A DNA stretch of 63,212 nt, filler included, from Octopus bimaculoides (Eukaryota): the NCBI RefSeq assembly GCF_001194135.2. It is 5 parts of 5 records of this genome, joined end to end, with 100 filler letters (N's around TTAATTAATTAA, not from the genome) between each part and the next. Parts side by side here need not be neighbours in the genome. Positions count along the whole stretch, not along the records: positions 59,128 to 63,212 come from NW_026413488.1; 4 more parts are not named here. One strand, written 5' to 3'. Below the pieces are notes generated by a model. The model was not told where the DNA came from, did no database searches, and saw only the letters and a list, made by a program, of their open reading frames with translations. The first letter of the stretch is position 1, and the number at the start of each line of letters is the position of its first letter. The position numbers and the translations under genes are program-made. This document shows positions 63,171 to 63,212 of this stretch, piece by piece.

Positions 63171-63212
<42 letters not shown>

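Overview
AT-rich, microsatellite- and SINE-dense eukaryotic DNA, most likely an octopus or other coleoid cephalopod (inferred from repeat content). It is not one contiguous locus: four artificial 100-nt linkers (44 N + TTAATTAATTAA + 44 N) join five separately assembled pieces (1-18566, 18667-40923, 41024-50373, 50474-59027, 59128-63212). Two protein-coding genes can be rebuilt by splicing. (1) A minus-strand cell-surface mucin gene with two PAN/Apple-like Cys exons (15149-15402, 12738-12971) and a ~3.6 kb Thr/Ser hexapeptide-repeat exon ending in a CPCxC motif, a charged helix and a TM helix (7716-11358). The second PAN exon is a symmetric phase-1 cassette with an in-frame TGA, and the first coding exon was not found. 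(2) Nine in-frame plus-strand exons (24575-40140, 832 codons) from the spectrin-repeat rod of a spectraplakin (MACF1/dystonin/Shot family). The rest is decayed transposon DNA: CR1/L2-type, RTE, RLE (R4/NeSL-type) and Penelope retroelements, hAT and mariner remnants, and four SINE families. The most unusual non-coding signals are a structurally complete type I hammerhead ribozyme motif (45048-45121), a 270-bp inverted repeat whose arms each carry a hammerhead motif (47368-47990), and a 312-bp MITE with 51-bp TIRs, an 8-bp TSD and head-to-head telomeric repeats (18821-19132). All calls are by eye; no searches were run.
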